From Felis catus (Eukaryota): 64,000 bases of DNA. Shown here one piece after another: positions 12,427 to 26,419 of the stretch. Position 1 is the stretch's first letter. The number at the start of each line of letters is the position of its first letter. The notes under the pieces were generated by a model that saw only the letters and a program-made list of their open reading frames with translations, ran no database searches and had not been told where the DNA came from. The position numbers and the translations under genes are program-made. The stretch lies in assembly GCF_018350175.1 (NCBI RefSeq), contig NC_058368.1, positions 49,787,815-49,851,814 of the forward strand, in the 5' to 3' direction.

Positions 12427-13390
12427 TCTCTCTCTCTCAAGATAAACTTTTATAAATACATAAATAAACACATACATACATACATAAAATGAGCAGGAGA
12501 TTAGTTTTAGACTCATTCATTTTAAGACGCTTATAGGCATCCAAACGGAGATATATACATGAATACACATGTCTAGAGCTCAGGGGAGAAGACAAAGCTG
12601 AGAAAGAAAACTTGGAAGGTATTAGTATATGGATGGTATTTAAAGCCAGGAGATGAGTTCATCAAGAGAGTATAAATAACAGAGAGCCTGACACACAGAC
12701 AGCTAAGCAGAGAGATTATCAGCAGGGACCAAGCCCTGAGGCACACAGTGCTTATAGTCTGGCAGATGCAGAGATGTGACCAAAGGAAAATACAGCAAGA
12801 CCCAGGGGCAAAACCAGGCAAGAATGATATCCTGAAGCCAAGTAAGAAAGGTTTCCAAGGAGGGAGTAAGCAACAGGAGAGGAGAGGTGACTTTGACAAT
12901 AAAAGTTTTGGTGGGGGTTAGGACAAAGTTCTTACTGGAGTATGTTCCAAAGAAAATTCCAGGAACAAAATCCAAACAATAGGTACATGAAACTTATTAG
13001 GGCAGCAGCTGTAGGTACAAATGAGTCAAAAGAGGGTTCTCTCCTAAATGAAGGAAATGACAGCTCCAATATCCAATCGTGAAGAGGAAACTGATGATCT
13101 GGAGGAAGAAGGTAGAATTGTGGAAAATGTCCTTAAGTAGGCAAGAAGAGGTAGCATCTAGGGCACACTGGGCAAGTTTGAAGTGATCCAGGCACATGCA
13201 CAGTTCGCCTCAAGGGAAAGGCAAAGTATAAAGGCACAGATGCAGGAAAATGGGGTGGGTCTCCTGTGACTCCTTGAATTTCCTCAGTAAAACAGAAAGC
13301 GTGACCATCAGCTGAGGCGATGATGGGGAAGATCAGAGTATGGAAAACTGAACAATGTAATTCAAGGCTGACTAGAGGCAAAACTGTGAG
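11470..13390 (-). mobile_element. LINE-2 fragment, interrupted by a SINE
   Basis: Purine-rich antisense L2 motifs, e.g. ggaacattccaggcagatggaacaccaagtacaagggccctga. Confidence 0.65.
12235..12488 (+). mobile_element. Can-SINE (older subfamily) with expanded (CT)n
   Basis: ggggcacctgggtggcttagtc head, gcctgcttgggattctctc body. Confidence 0.88.
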
Positions 13391-13704
13391 GCAAAGTTAT
13401 CTTTAGATCACTCAGGCTACACTTTCTATGCTCTAATGATGTTCAATGTGACCCCTACAACCCTTTCATGGGAAAATGTGCATTTTAATCTAAAGTTGAA
13501 CGTGTGAACTCACATATCAGGTGAAATTCAGGATTCAGCCAGCAATTAAGAGAGATTTTGTACCTCAAAGCGAAACCATGTAGGTAAACTGCTTTTTCTG
13601 CCCAGGATGAGGCTGGGAGCTATGCTATATAAGTAATATTTACATAAGGAATACATTTTGGAAAAAGTTTGCATATAGTTAGGCAAAAAAGAAATATAAT
13701 TCTT

Positions 13705-13923
13705 TTTTAATTTTTTTAAAATTTATTTATTTTTGATAGAGAGAGACAGAGCATAAGTGGGGGTGGGGGAAAAAAGAGAGAGAAGGAGACACAGAATCCG
13801 AAGCAGGCTCCAGGCTCCGAGCTGTCAGCACAGAGCCCGATGCGGGGCTCGAACCCACAAACCGCAAGATCATGACCTGAGCCGAAGTCAGACACTCAAG
13901 TGACTGAGCCACCCAGGTGCCCC
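13705..13923 (-). mobile_element. Can-SINE, left member of inverted pair
   Basis: TSD aagaaatataattctt (13689-13704 / 13924-13939). Confidence 0.93.
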
Positions 13924-13957
13924 AAGAAATATAATTCTTGTAAGAATTATATTTCTT

Positions 13958-14171
13958 GGGGCACCTGGGTGGCTCAGTCGGTTAAGCGTCTGACTTCGGC
14001 CCAGGTCATGATCTCATGGTCCATGAGTTCGAGCCCCGCGTCGGGCTCTGGGCTGACAACTCGGAGCCTGGAGCCTGCTTCGGATTCTGTGTCTCCCTCT
14101 CTCTCTCTGCTCCTCCCCCATTCATGCTCTGTCTCTCTCTATCTCAAAAATAAATAAACATTAAAAAAAAA
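13958..14171 (+). mobile_element. Can-SINE, right member of inverted pair
   Basis: Followed by another aagaaatataattctt copy (14172-14187). Confidence 0.93.
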
Positions 14172-15256
14172 AAGAAATATAATTCTTTACCTTACTAAAT
14201 AAGAGTAACACAGATTATAAAGTATTTGTATCACTTGTAAAAAATAATTCCATATTTCTTTATTACATATGAATATTTATATAAGTATGACCAAAAAGGT
14301 AAAATAAGCAAAGTCATAACAGAGAAAGTCAAATTTCTTACACATATTTAATCTAGAAAGTTAATCTTCTATTTTCTAACTGTAATGACATAGAATAGGG
14401 GCATCTAGGAAGCACCCCTGAAAAGAGGTTATTTTTTTAAGCTGGTACCATGAGACCACAGTTTCAAATGCAGCATAGCCCTTCACCCAACCACAGATCA
14501 TTTTCAATGTGAGATCAACCTATTACTTTCTTACTCAACTAGATGATTTCCTGTCATCTTATTTGTGCTATTATTTGTTTCATACTCACATTTTTAAAAG
14601 TAAACAGTTCAAAATTGATTACACTCTAGCCAGCCTAAGAAAAAGAGAAGACAAATTACTACTAGAAATAAAAGAAGGGACATCACTATAGATCCCATGG
14701 AAATTAAAAGGATAATAAAAGAATACTATGAATCACTTCATTCTCAGAAATTTGATATCTTAAATGTAATAGACCAAATCCCTGAATGATAAAACTCATA
14801 CAACAAGAAACAGATGATCTAAATAGGTCTATTTCTATGAAAGAAATTGTATTAATGATTAATAATTTTCCAAACCAGAGAACATCAAGCTGAAATAGGT
14901 TCGCTGGTGAATTCTATAAAACATTTAAGAAAAAAATTTATACCAATTCTCTACAATCTCTTTCAGAGGAAAGAAACAGAAAATACTTCCTAAGTCATTT
15001 TATGAAGCCAGTTTTAACCTAATACCAAAACCAGACAAAGATATTACAAGAAAAGAAAAACTACAGACCAATATCCCTCATGAACGTAGATGTAAAAATT
15101 CTTAACAAAATATTAGCAAATCAAATCCAGTAAATCATAAAAAGAATTACACACCAAGACCAAGTGGGATTTATCTAAAGTATGCAAAAGTAGTTCAACA
15201 TTTGAAAATCAATTAATGTAATCCATCATATCAACAGATTAAAAAAGGAAAAATCA

Positions 15257-15486
15257 GGGGTGCCTGGGTGGCTCAGTCAGTTAAGCGTCCGACTTCCGCT
15301 CAGGTCACAATCTCACTGTTCCAGGCTTCAAGCCCCTCATCAGTCTCTGTGCTGACAGCTCAGAGCCTGAAGCCTGTTTCAGATTCTGTGTCTCCCTCTC
15401 CCTCTCTGCCCCTCCCCCACTGGTGCTCTGTCTCTCTCTCTCTCTTTCTCTCTCTCTCAAAAATAAACATTAAAAAAATAAATAAT
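15257..15486 (+). mobile_element. Can-SINE inserted in L1
   Basis: TSD aaaaaaggaaaaatca (15241-15256 / 15487-15502). Confidence 0.93.
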
Positions 15487-16671
15487 AAAAAAGGAAAAAT
15501 CACATGATCATATCAATAGATGCAGAAAAAGCATTTGACAAAATCCAACATCTATTCATTATAAAAACCCTCAGAAAACTAGCAACAGAGGGGAACCTTC
15601 TCAACTTGAAAAAGCCTTTCCACAAAAAATTAAAGCTAACAACATACTTAATGATGAGCAGCTCAAAACATTCCCACCAAGATCAGGTACAAGGCAAGGA
15701 TGTCCATTCTCACCACTCCTCTTTAATATCATACTAGAAGTTCTTGCTAATTCAATAAAGCAAGAAAAGGAAACAAAAGGTTTAAATATTGGGTAGGAAG
15801 AAATAAAACTCTCTTTATCCTCAGATGACATAATTGTCAATGTAGAAAACTTGAAAGAATTTGAAAAACAAACAAACAAACAAAAAACACCTCCCAGAAT
15901 AAGTGATTATAGCAAGGTAGCAGGATACAAGGTTAACATACAAAAGTCATTTGCTTTCCTAAAGGTCAGCAACAAACAAGGGGAATTTGAAAATAAAAGC
16001 AAAACACTATCTACATTAGTACCCCCCAAAATTAAACACTTAGTCATAAATCAAACAAGATATGTACAAGGTTTATAGGAGAAAGACTACAGAACTCTGA
16101 TGAACCTAATGAAAGAAAAATTAGATAAATGGAGAAATAATCCATATTCGTGATTAGGAAGACTCAATGTTGTCCAGAGTCAGAGCTTTTCCCAACTTGA
16201 TCTATAGATTCAATGCAATCCTAATCAAAATCCCCACAATTTCTTTTATGGATATTGATAAACTGATTCTAAAGTTTATATGGAGAAGCAAACAACTCAG
16301 AATGGCCAAGACAATACTGAAGGAAAAGAGCAAAGTTGGAGACCGACACTACACAACTTCAAGACTTACTATATAGCTATAGTAATAAAGACAGTGTGGT
16401 GTTAGTGAAAGAACAGATCAATGGAACAGAATAGACAGCCTAGAAATACACCCACATAAATATATGTCAGCTCATCTCTGACAAAGTAGTGAAGACAATA
16501 CAATAGAGCAAAGATAGTCTCTTTAACAAATGGTGCTGGACAACTGGACATCCCCATGCCGAAAGAAAAGAAAATTACTCTAGACATAGAGTACACCCTT
16601 CACAAACTCAATTATTAACTCAAAATGGATTATATACCTATATGCAAATTGCAAAAAATATGAAACTCCAA

Positions 16672-16791
16672 GAGTGCCTGGGTGGCTCAGTCGGTTAAGC
16701 ATGTGACTTTGGCTCAGGTCATGATCTCATGGTTTGTGGGTTCGAGCCCTCCATCCAGCTCTGCACTGACAGCCTGGAGCCTGCTTCAGAT

Positions 16792-16822
<31 letters not shown>

Positions 16823-16868
16823 GCCCCTCCCCTGCTTGTGCACTCTCTCAAAAATAAATATTTTTAAA
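16672..16868 (+). mobile_element. Can-SINE inserted in L1
   Basis: TSD atatgaaactccaa on both sides. Confidence 0.9.
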
Positions 16869-19800
16869 AATATATGAAACTCCAAGAACATAGCATAGGA
16901 AAAAATTTAGATGACCTTGGGTATAGTGATACCTTTTTAGACACATGATCCAAGACATGATCCATGAATGAAATAATTGATAAGCTGGATGTCATTAAAA
17001 TTAAAAACTTCCGTTCTACAAAAGACATTATCAGGAGACCAATAGACTGGGAGAAAATATTTGCCAAAGACACTTCTGCTAAAGGACTATAATCCAAAAT
17101 TTACAAAGAACTAGAAACTTAACAATAAGAAACAAACAACCTAATTTAAGAATTGGCCAAAGACTTTAACAGACACACCACCAAAAAAGATAAACAGACA
17201 GCTACTAAGCATGCAGAAAGATGTTCCACATATGTCACCAGGAAATGCAAATTAAGACAACAGCAAGATACCACTACATAGCTATTAGTATGGCCCAAAT
17301 CTGGAAGACTGCCAACACCAAATGCTGATGAGGATGCAGACCAAAAGAAACTCTCATATGTTGATTGTAAGAATGCAAAATGGTTTAGCCACTTTGGAAG
17401 ACAGTTTGGTGATTTTTTACAAAACTAAAAATACTGATTTCTTACAAAACGAAACATACTCCTATCCTACGATATAGCAATCACTCTCCTTGGTATTTTT
17501 TCAAAGGAGTTGAAAACATCTATTCACACAAAAACCTGCACACAGATATTTATAGAAGCTTTATTCATAATTGAACTTGGAAGCAACCAAGATGTGCCTC
17601 AGTATGTGAATTGGTAAACTGTGGTCCATCCAGACAATGGGACATTATTCACTGCCAAAAAGAAATGAGCTATCAAGCCATGAAAAGACATGGAGGAACC
17701 TTAAATGCATATTAATATGTGAAAGAAACCCAGTGTGAAAAGGTTACATGCTGTGTGACTCCAACTGTATGACATTCTGGAAAAAGCAAAACTTTGGAGA
17801 CAATAAAAAAGGGTGGAAGAGAAGAGGGGCGGGGGGAATGACAGGACAGAGCACAGAGAATTTTAAGGAAGTGAAAATACTCTGTGTAGTATTCTAATGA
17901 TGGATATATGTCATTATAAGTTTTTCCAAATGCAAAGAATACCATACCAAAAACAAACCCTAAAGTAAACTGTTTACTTTGAGTGATCATGATGTGTCAA
18001 TGTAGGTTTATCCTTGGTAACAAATGCACAATTCTTGTGAGTCATATAATGAGGGTAGCTATATATATGAGGGAGCAGGGGTATCTGAAAAATCTCTGTA
18101 CACTCCTCTCATTTTATTGTGAACCCTCAATTGCTCTAAAAAAATTAAGTCTTCTAAAAAAAGAAAATAGTTCAATGCCATTGGTATTTGCTCCAAGAAA
18201 CACTAGAGGGAGCCTTCCTACATGAACTAGGGTACCTAAGCAAAAAAAAAAAAAAAAAAAGCCTTTTGTAATGCTGAAAAACTGTCACTGTTTATGAAAC
18301 ATTATTACTACTGCTCCCATTTTGACTTATAAAATTAACCACTAGCAAGTAAATTAACTGACATTTTAATGGACTAGACAGTTTGGCAATAAAATTAATA
18401 AGTCTTCAAATAAAGTTAAACTGAAAAAAATTAGAATATACCAAAATCAGCACTTGATAACCTTGACTATGTCAGATAGTTTCAAATAGGACGTAATAAA
18501 CATAGTAAGAAAGCTAGGCCTTGCTCCTTTATCATGATCCATGAAAGTACAAAGCCGTCTAAACAAAATGCCAAAAGTGGACACTTTAGTAAGTAGTTCT
18601 AATTTATGAAATGTCTGAACTGATGAGAGGAGGATTTTTTTAAGCAAGGCTTATTGGGAAATAGACTGGGCCTGGGGCAAAAAGGGAAGGGAGCGAAGGC
18701 TAAGCCCAGAGGGTCCTGGACTTGACTGGCTCTGGCTGAGATCAGTAGATAAAGCTGGAATAGTATCAGGAAGCAAAAAACACCATGCCTTTCTCAGAAA
18801 CCTATTTTTGTCCTGGCCTTCCTTACTACTTCAGATATTCATACCACTACAACGGAATTCTCACCTTGCAAATGAAAATAATATGAAATTCTTGAACGTT
18901 GTTTCAGAGACGTGGGTTAATGTGCACACATTAACTGCTAAATGTGCATAGGTCTCCCTTCTTCAAAGAAGAAAAGTCCTAACTGCTGGCTACTCCAGGA
19001 TAAAAAGGAAAACGTGCATTCACTTATTTCCAGTATTAGGCTGGAAAGAAGGACACTAGTAAGCAAGCAGATGCCTAATCTCTGACCTCGGCTGGCATTT
19101 TCCGTGGGTGAAGGAAAAAATACAGTGTCCACACAGTGACTATGCATGCTGGAGCTCTATACTACGCTATCTCCAATCCCACAGTAGAATTAAACTCCTG
19201 CAAACAACATAAGTCATAATGGAGTATGCCTGATATGGCTGCTCCTAGTACAATGAAAAATTAGTATGTATAATCAAATCTTACAGCAAGACTTTCATTT
19301 CTGGTCCTCATTCTTTCTTCTTGTTTGTGACTATGGTGAACATCACCTAGAAAAGATTCTGATCAGAAAATACTTTTTTTTAGAACCCATACTAGCTTTT
19401 CAAAGATATTCCTCTTTGTTCATTAAATATCAAAGATCTCTTCCCCCATTCTCACCTCCCCCCACCCCGTGCCTTGTGTGGTCTGACTAAATACCAAAAG
19501 AGAGCATATAATTTCAGTGACTCAACCCCGTTTCTTATTGACTGCAGAAAACAGTAGGAAGTTTGAGCCTTTAAGAGTCCTGAAGAAAACATCCTTTCTA
19601 GGCATCTCATAGACATCTGACTGAAACCAGATTAATAAATATAATACTTCCAAAGAAATAAACCTCTATTTTTGAAGTCTCTAAAATGTCACCATGTTGC
19701 TTGAAAGCCACCTGGAAAGAGGGCACTGTCATAAGTAGCCTTTGCCCATTATAAACCAGGCCCTATTCACCCAAGAATATGTCCTGTAGATCTATCTCCT

Positions 19801-20094
19801 ATCCCCTTTGACACAACTCAATCACATGACATCATTACCTTTCAATTAATTGATCTTCCATGATTCTGTTAAGATTTCAAGTAAACTTTGGTAACTCAGC
19901 ATATGAAAGCTCCCCTACCTCCCACAAAAGAAAAGTATTTTTACTTAACAAATTTCACGTATGTCAAACATTGAACTGCCAAATTTTAATTCCTTGAGGA
20001 TAACTCTCACTTTAGAATTTTAAAGAGAATATGTGACACTGAAATGTTTTTCATTATATAATAGCCTTAATTTTCTAATACTCAAAATGCTTCA

Positions 20095-20283
20095 GGGGCA
20101 CCTGGGTGACTCAGTTGGTTAAGCGTCCGACTTCAGCTCAGATCATGATCTCACAGTTGGTGAGTTCAAACCCCGCATCAGGTTCTCTGCTGTCAGTGAA
20201 GAGATCACTTTGGATCCGCTGTTTCCCTCTCTCTCTGCCTCTCTCTCTCAAAAAAAATAAAATTAAAATAAACATTGAAAAAA
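20095..20283 (+). mobile_element. Can-SINE
   Basis: Head and tail recognisable. Confidence 0.87.
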
Positions 20284-20719
20284 CACCTCCTCCTATCTAT
20301 TAAATGAATTCATGATTACACCAATGGGTCAATTACAATCAACATGACTGAAGATAAATTCAGGAAATCTGTTCAATGGCTACTAATAACTTGCCTGCAT
20401 AGTATGTTAACGTGGCCAGAATTCATCTTCATAAAAATTCCAAAAACGGGATCTGAGCTGTATCTTGCCAAATTCACAACTTCAGAGTCAGAAAGTAAAT
20501 TCAAAGTAAACTAGCAGTCCTCATTTTTTTCATATATGGACTATTTTCAAGGAAGAATAATATTCTTATCATAAATCCTTTATGAACGACTTATCAGCTG
20601 AATTAGGCACTGCTTTATCTAAATGGCACCAATCTTAATTTACAACAAATAGTTCAAGAAGATGTTGCCAACCCTTGTACACAACCTCACACTGGCCCAA
20701 TCTCTCTATCTCCCACAAA

Positions 20720-21463
20720 GTAGGCCACAATGAAGGGCATGTAATCCAAGCTGGACCAGTGACAGACACAGGGGTGGGTATGTGACACAAGACTGGTCAA
20801 TCTGAGTCACTCAGATTTTTCAACAGAAAATAAGACTAATATTTTTCAAACAGAAAATAAGACTAGCTGTTTTCAATATACATCCTCAAGCTATTGAGGA
20901 AGTTAGTCTGGTACCACAGGTGGCCATATCCCTTTGCTGGAGAAAGCTAGTCTAGGGTAACACAGAAATGAAACGTGAAATGAAAAGAAAATTGAAACCA
21001 AGAGATGAAGAGAAAGAGCCCTGTGAGGTCATGTCCCTGGCTGTAGACATCCTTGGAAGTGTGGCTAATTAGCCCCGGCTCTCCTCCAATTCTAGGGGCC
21101 ACACAGAATCCTTTCATATGGGTGGGTGGTGGTTTTCACCTTCGCCTCTAAGAGTCCTACTACTATACAAGTCTATGTGGATTGCTGGGATTGGGTTCAT
21201 CTGCCATGATGAAATCCAAAATAACAACTGGTTACAGAAAACACAAGTTCAATTGCCTCTCACATTAAAGTCCAGTGTGCAATACAAGCTTGTTTTGGTA
21301 CTTCATCATGTCATTAAATATCAAAGATGCAGGCACTTTCTACCTTCTTGTTCTGAATTTGGGGACCACTCATGGTCCAAAAGAGTGGTAAGTGAATTCC
21401 AGGAAGCAGGACGCAAAGAAGGAAAGAATAATGAGAAAAAGAGAGCAAGGGTATGCCCCTCGC

Positions 21464-21501
<38 letters not shown>

Positions 21502-21720
21502 CACACAGGCACGCAGGCACGCAGGCACACACACATGCACATAATGAACACTTTCTTTTAAAAGCTGCCACATAAAAATCCTGTGTGCATCCCACTGGTC
21601 AAAACTAGAGGGATTCCTAGCAGGAAGAGAGACTAAGAAATGTAGTCCTGACTCTGAATGGCCATGTACCTAGAATAGAATTCTATCACCAAAGAAGGAA
21701 GAACAGACTGAATCAAGAAC
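20720..21720. mobile_element. Degenerate ERVL/MaLR-type LTR fragments, with (CA)n at 21465-21498
   Basis: LTR-like motifs gggtatgtgacacaagactggtcaatc and cccactggtcaaaact...gactaagaaatgtagtc; family uncertain. Confidence 0.45.
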
Positions 21721-21995
21721 AACGTGCATTCCTGCCATGATTCCCAATGAACTATCAGAGAAAAGGCATCAGTCAGAGCCCCCCAATGAAGACAAACTAG
21801 AGATACATATGTCAGATGTATTTAAATCATATAATCATTCTAAAAAGAAAGGGCTCAAGTCAAAGCTGAAGAAATATGCCCTTAAATATAAGACTGATCT
21901 AATTGTTCCAAAACTTTCCCAGTTGAAGAAGTCAAAAACCCTCAAAGACAGTCATGGGACTATAACTTCTCAGTCAAAGATAATAAAGCACTTCT

Positions 21996-22226
21996 TTTTT
22001 TTTTTTAATTTTTTTTAACGTTTATTTATTTTTGAGACACAGAGAGACAGAGCATGAACAGGGGAGGGGCAGAGAGAGAGGGAGACACAGAATCGGAAGC
22101 AGGAAGCAGGCTCCAGGCTCTGAGCCATCAGCCCAGAGCCTCACGCGGGGCTCGAACTCATGGGCTGTGAGATCGTGACCTGAGGTGAAGTCGGACGCTT
22201 AGCCAACTGAGCCACCCAGGCGCCCC
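21996..22226 (-). mobile_element. Can-SINE
   Basis: TSD aataaagcacttct (21982-21995 / 22227-22240). Confidence 0.93.
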
Positions 22227-23054
22227 AATAAAGCACTTCTGATAGTACTATCAGTAAGCTGCGTCTACAGTCATCACTGAAATTTGTAAGTATTTTTTCC
22301 AAATAGAGCCATGTTAGTCTGGTGGTCTCTATGTAAACTTTTACATGTCTGTAGAGAGAGATACATGTCTGTGGAGCAACCCACAAATAACCACCTAAAA
22401 GTTATTTCAAACAGTGGTGGGCTCCTACACATATTATTCTGGTGTAATCACAAAGCACTAAGACCAACTAATAAGTACAGTTAAGATAAATTAAATTGTT
22501 AATTATGTTTCATCTTGGGAAATACAGTCAATTCATTCCAGCATGACAAACACAGGGAACAGTCACCTTTTAAACCAGCATTTGTCTCATTACAAGAATT
22601 TACTGAGCAGCTTACAGTTAACTATGTTGTCTGTAACTTTTCATTTTAATCTTTTGGAGTCTGTATTATAGAGATGCCTGACTTCATAAGTGGTATATAG
22701 GAGGTATAACAGAAACGTTTGTGGCTGGTTTAAAGTATTAACATTATACCTTCCGTGTAACACAGTGGAATCCTCCTGTTCCTAGCCAGCTACCAAATAT
22801 CAAAAACTACTTGCAGGGTGGAGTGGAGAGCCTTCAACTTCAAACAGAACCTTCAACTTCAAACAGGGTGACGCAGCTAAATGTCAAATATGCCCCACAT
22901 TGTCTCTGGGAAATACAGCATTTGTGAGGGCTGGGACCCTGCAAGGGTGACTGCTATAGCCACGTGCTTTCGTGCTTTATTCTCCAACACTACAGAAGAA
23001 GAGGTCAATGCATGTGCTAGTCTACCTACAAAAGCTTTCTTTTCAATCATTTAG

Positions 23055-23560
23055 GACTGTCCAGTCCAATAGGTTAGCTCATAGCTACAAGTGGCTACTG
23101 GGCACCTGGGATGAGTCTAGTACAACCACAGAAAGAATTTTAAAATTCTAATAATGTTAATCAATTTACATGCAAATTTTAAAACAGATGCCCTATTCAG
23201 TTACTAGAAACTTTAAAGTATGATTGGAACAAATTGCTATGTCAATCTTCTTTTCCAACTCTTAAGTTTAATGTACTCTAAATATAGATCCAGCATTTCC
23301 AGTGCAAATTTAGATTCTGAATTCAGAGGTGCTGGAAATGTAACATACCTACTGGATTTCAAGGACTTACTACTAAAATGTAATATATTTCATTAGTAAT
23401 TTTTTTATTACATGTCTAAATCATAACATTTTGGACATGATGGCTTAAATAAGGTACATTAATCTCACCTATTTCTTTTTACTTCTTTTAATATGGTTAC
23501 TAGAACATTTTAAATTTACATATATAGCTCACATTATATTTCAGCGGAATGGCAATGCTT
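23055..23560. mobile_element. hAT-Charlie (Charlie1/MER33-like) DNA transposon remnant
   Basis: gtccaataggttagctcatagctacaagtggctactgggcac and tggttactagaacattttaaatttacatatatagctcacattatatttc termini. Confidence 0.6.
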
Positions 23561-24415
23561 TAGATTTCTGTTCTCTATGTATCCTTCAAGGGTGAAGTTA
23601 AGTGACATGAACTCTATGCAAATGCTATCCTGAATTCTTTAAATAGAAATGTTCTCCCCACACACACAAACAGCATACAGTAAGCACTAAATAAATATTC
23701 ACTGAATAAACTTCTAAGACATTCTTTTCATCCTCATGGTACTTACTACATTCTCACTTGTATATAATTAATCTTCTTGCCTTGTGTCTCCTAGAAGATT
23801 CTAAATTCCTTTCCTAGTAGTCTCTCTCATCTCATTATGTATTTCCTGCAGTCTGTCGGCTGCCTGAACTATTCGTTTTCATCTACTGCTCTCCAGCATT
23901 TAAACCATTTCTAAACTTATCACCAGTGAACTAACATACTCCTTCCTGGACAGCCCTGCAGCATTACACCAAATCAACTTGACAGTATCTCAAATACTCA
24001 ACTTCAACTTGGCAAAATGAAAAGATGAAGGAAAAAGCAGTAAAAACAAAAACCCATTCATTGCAAAAGACACAAAAATGAGCCCAAAGATTTGAATATC
24101 CAATTACAATAAAAGACTTCTTCATACAAATACCAGTTAAACAGCTTTCTTATGATTCGTCTACAAGTTTATGGGTTGATTCAGGAAAAAAAAGAACTTA
24201 AAGAGTATTCCTTCAACATTTCTGAAGTAGACGAATAAAAATAATCCTTACATCTAAAAACAAACAAATTTCAGTGTGGTTAAAAGAACCTACAGAAAAA
24301 TCTTTCAGGAACCCTCTTGCCTTTATTAAATATACCTAAAAATTTTGGAGACTATAAATATTGGATAAACACATAAGGTCTCTTTGAGCCTAGTGAATAG
24401 AATATGAAGAACATT

Positions 24416-24636
24416 GGGGCGCCCGGGTGGCTCAGTCGGTTGAGTGGCGAACTTTGGCTCAGGTCATGATCTCACAGTCTGTGGGTTCGAGCCCCGCATA
24501 GGGCTCTGTGCTGACCACTTGCTCAGAGCCTGGAGCCTGCTTCGGATTCTGTCTCTGTCTCTCTCTGCCCCTCCCCCGCTCATGCTTTGTCTTACTCTGT
24601 TTCTCAAAAATAAATAAATGTAAAAAAAAAGTTTTT
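24416..24636 (+). mobile_element. Can-SINE
   Basis: TSD agaatatga(a/t)gaacatt (24399-24415 / 24637-24653). Confidence 0.92.
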
Positions 24637-25394
24637 AGAATATGATGAACATTAAAAGATCACTAATAAATCTTCCATGCAAACTGCCTCTAGGGCATAT
24701 CAGCAGATGGTAAGATGTCCTGAGAGAACCAGAAACAAGTGAGAAGAAAAGGGCCATGCCGCTCTTCAGCCTGAAAGCCCTTTTGCCACTGTTTCCCATC
24801 AGAGAAACTTCCCTCCCTTGCCCTTTCCAACTGTTGCCTGACCCTAGCGCCCAGCAGCAAACAGCAAGACTTCCCTCCAAATCACCTACCGCACTCAGCG
24901 CTTCCCCACCCCACACCACCCCCAAGAGCACTTAGCGTGCTATATTTAGCCCCCCAAAGGTATCTCCCCCCACCACAGATGTGTCTCATGCCTTTTTACT
25001 CTATCCCCAGCACCAGGCTTACCACATATGGCTCCTACTCAATATATGTTTGCAAAACGAGTGAACAAATGAATTAGCAAACACATAATCAAGGAGAAAA
25101 TGGTGGCTCTACTCATCTTCCTAAATCAGAGTACTAACCAGGTTCTTGCCTAAACCCACAGTGTTTTCACTTGGGAAAACTGTACTAATCAAATTATGAA
25201 GGCCACCTGAAAAGCAGATGCCCACTTCAAAAGAAAAGCTATGAGAGCCACTGATAGCTGGCTATCACTGATAGCTCTCAGTGATCAGTGTGACCACTGA
25301 TAATTTAAACACATGAACAATTTGAAAGTGAGTATTCGGCAAAGTTAGACCTTTATAAATAATATTTTCTATGGACTTTGTGCACTTTCTAGTA

Positions 25395-25535
25395 AAAAAT
25401 AGCTAATGTTTATCAAGTACTTGTTATGTTCCAGGCACTGTTCTAAATGCTTTGTATATTTTATCTCTTTTAATCCTCAGAACCATCCTTTGAGATAATT
25501 CTATTATTATCTTCATTTTACTGATAAGACACTGC
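25395..25535 (-). mobile_element. MIR remnant
   Basis: atgttccaggcactgttctaaatgcttt...ttaatcctcagaaccatcctttgag...cattttactgataagacact. Confidence 0.65.
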
Positions 25536-25907
25536 CCTAGATTCTGCAGATTTACTTAACCCACTCACTAAATCATCTTAACTGAAGCAAGAAAGTGAAG
25601 ATGACAATTTTCAAATTGAGAAAAGGATGAGATCAAAGGCTGTGTGATTAATACTAAAAACTAGACATCAAAACTGTCACATCTGTGTCAGTACTGACTT
25701 GTGATTAACTGTGTACACCAGAAAGTCACCATGTCCTGCTATGATCTGAAACAATTTAAAGTATTTTTATAAACATCATTATAATTCCATCTTCCAGGGC
25801 TTATTCATTAATACTAGACAGAAAACAAAAGGACTAGTAAAGCTGTTCACATATGGCTGCATTGTCAAATACCAGTATCTACTTGGTCAAGCTACCAGTA
25901 ACACCTT

Positions 25908-26144
25908 TTTTTTGTTTGTTTAATTTTTCTTAATGTTTATTCATTTTTGGGAGACAGAGAGAGAGCACAGCTGGAGAGGGGAAGAGAGAGACAGACACAC
26001 ACACACAGAATCCGAAGCAGGCTTCAGTCTCTGAGCTGTCAGCACAGAGCCTGACTAGGGTCCTGAACCCACGAACTGTGAGATCATGACTTGAGATCAA
26101 GTTGGACGGTTAACCAACCCAGCCACCCAGGAACCACCCCCCGC
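25908..26144 (-). mobile_element. Can-SINE
   Basis: TSD ccagtaa(c/t)acctt. Confidence 0.88.
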
Positions 26145-26419
26145 CCAGTAATACCTTCTTAAACAGGCAGGATTCAACTCTTTTATGATCACGTTATATG
26201 TTTACTATAGTTTCATATGTTTTTATAAAAATAACACATACTGTAAAATAATCAAATGTGGTTTTTATATGGCTTTGTTTTCTTTAATGATATAACCTCA
26301 CTAAAAAAATAAAGTCATAAAGATAAGTACAAATAAGAAAATACTCATGCAGAGACTACCACTACTGAAATTTTAGTCTCATATGTACATATAGTTAGTA
26401 GATGTATAATTTTTTTGAA

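Larger units (their letters stand above)
14600..18165 (+). mobile_element. Ancient 5'-truncated L1 (L1MC1-like 3' UTR), degenerate ORF2 RT/C-terminal region
   Basis: ORF pieces [39 protein letters not shown]; 3' end aaaccctaaagtaaac...gatgtgtcaatgtaggtt...ttgctctaaaaaaa. Confidence 0.88.

Noticed and set aside
21118..21595. His/Thr- and Cys/Val-rich ORFs
   Set aside because: Translation of a (CA)n microsatellite
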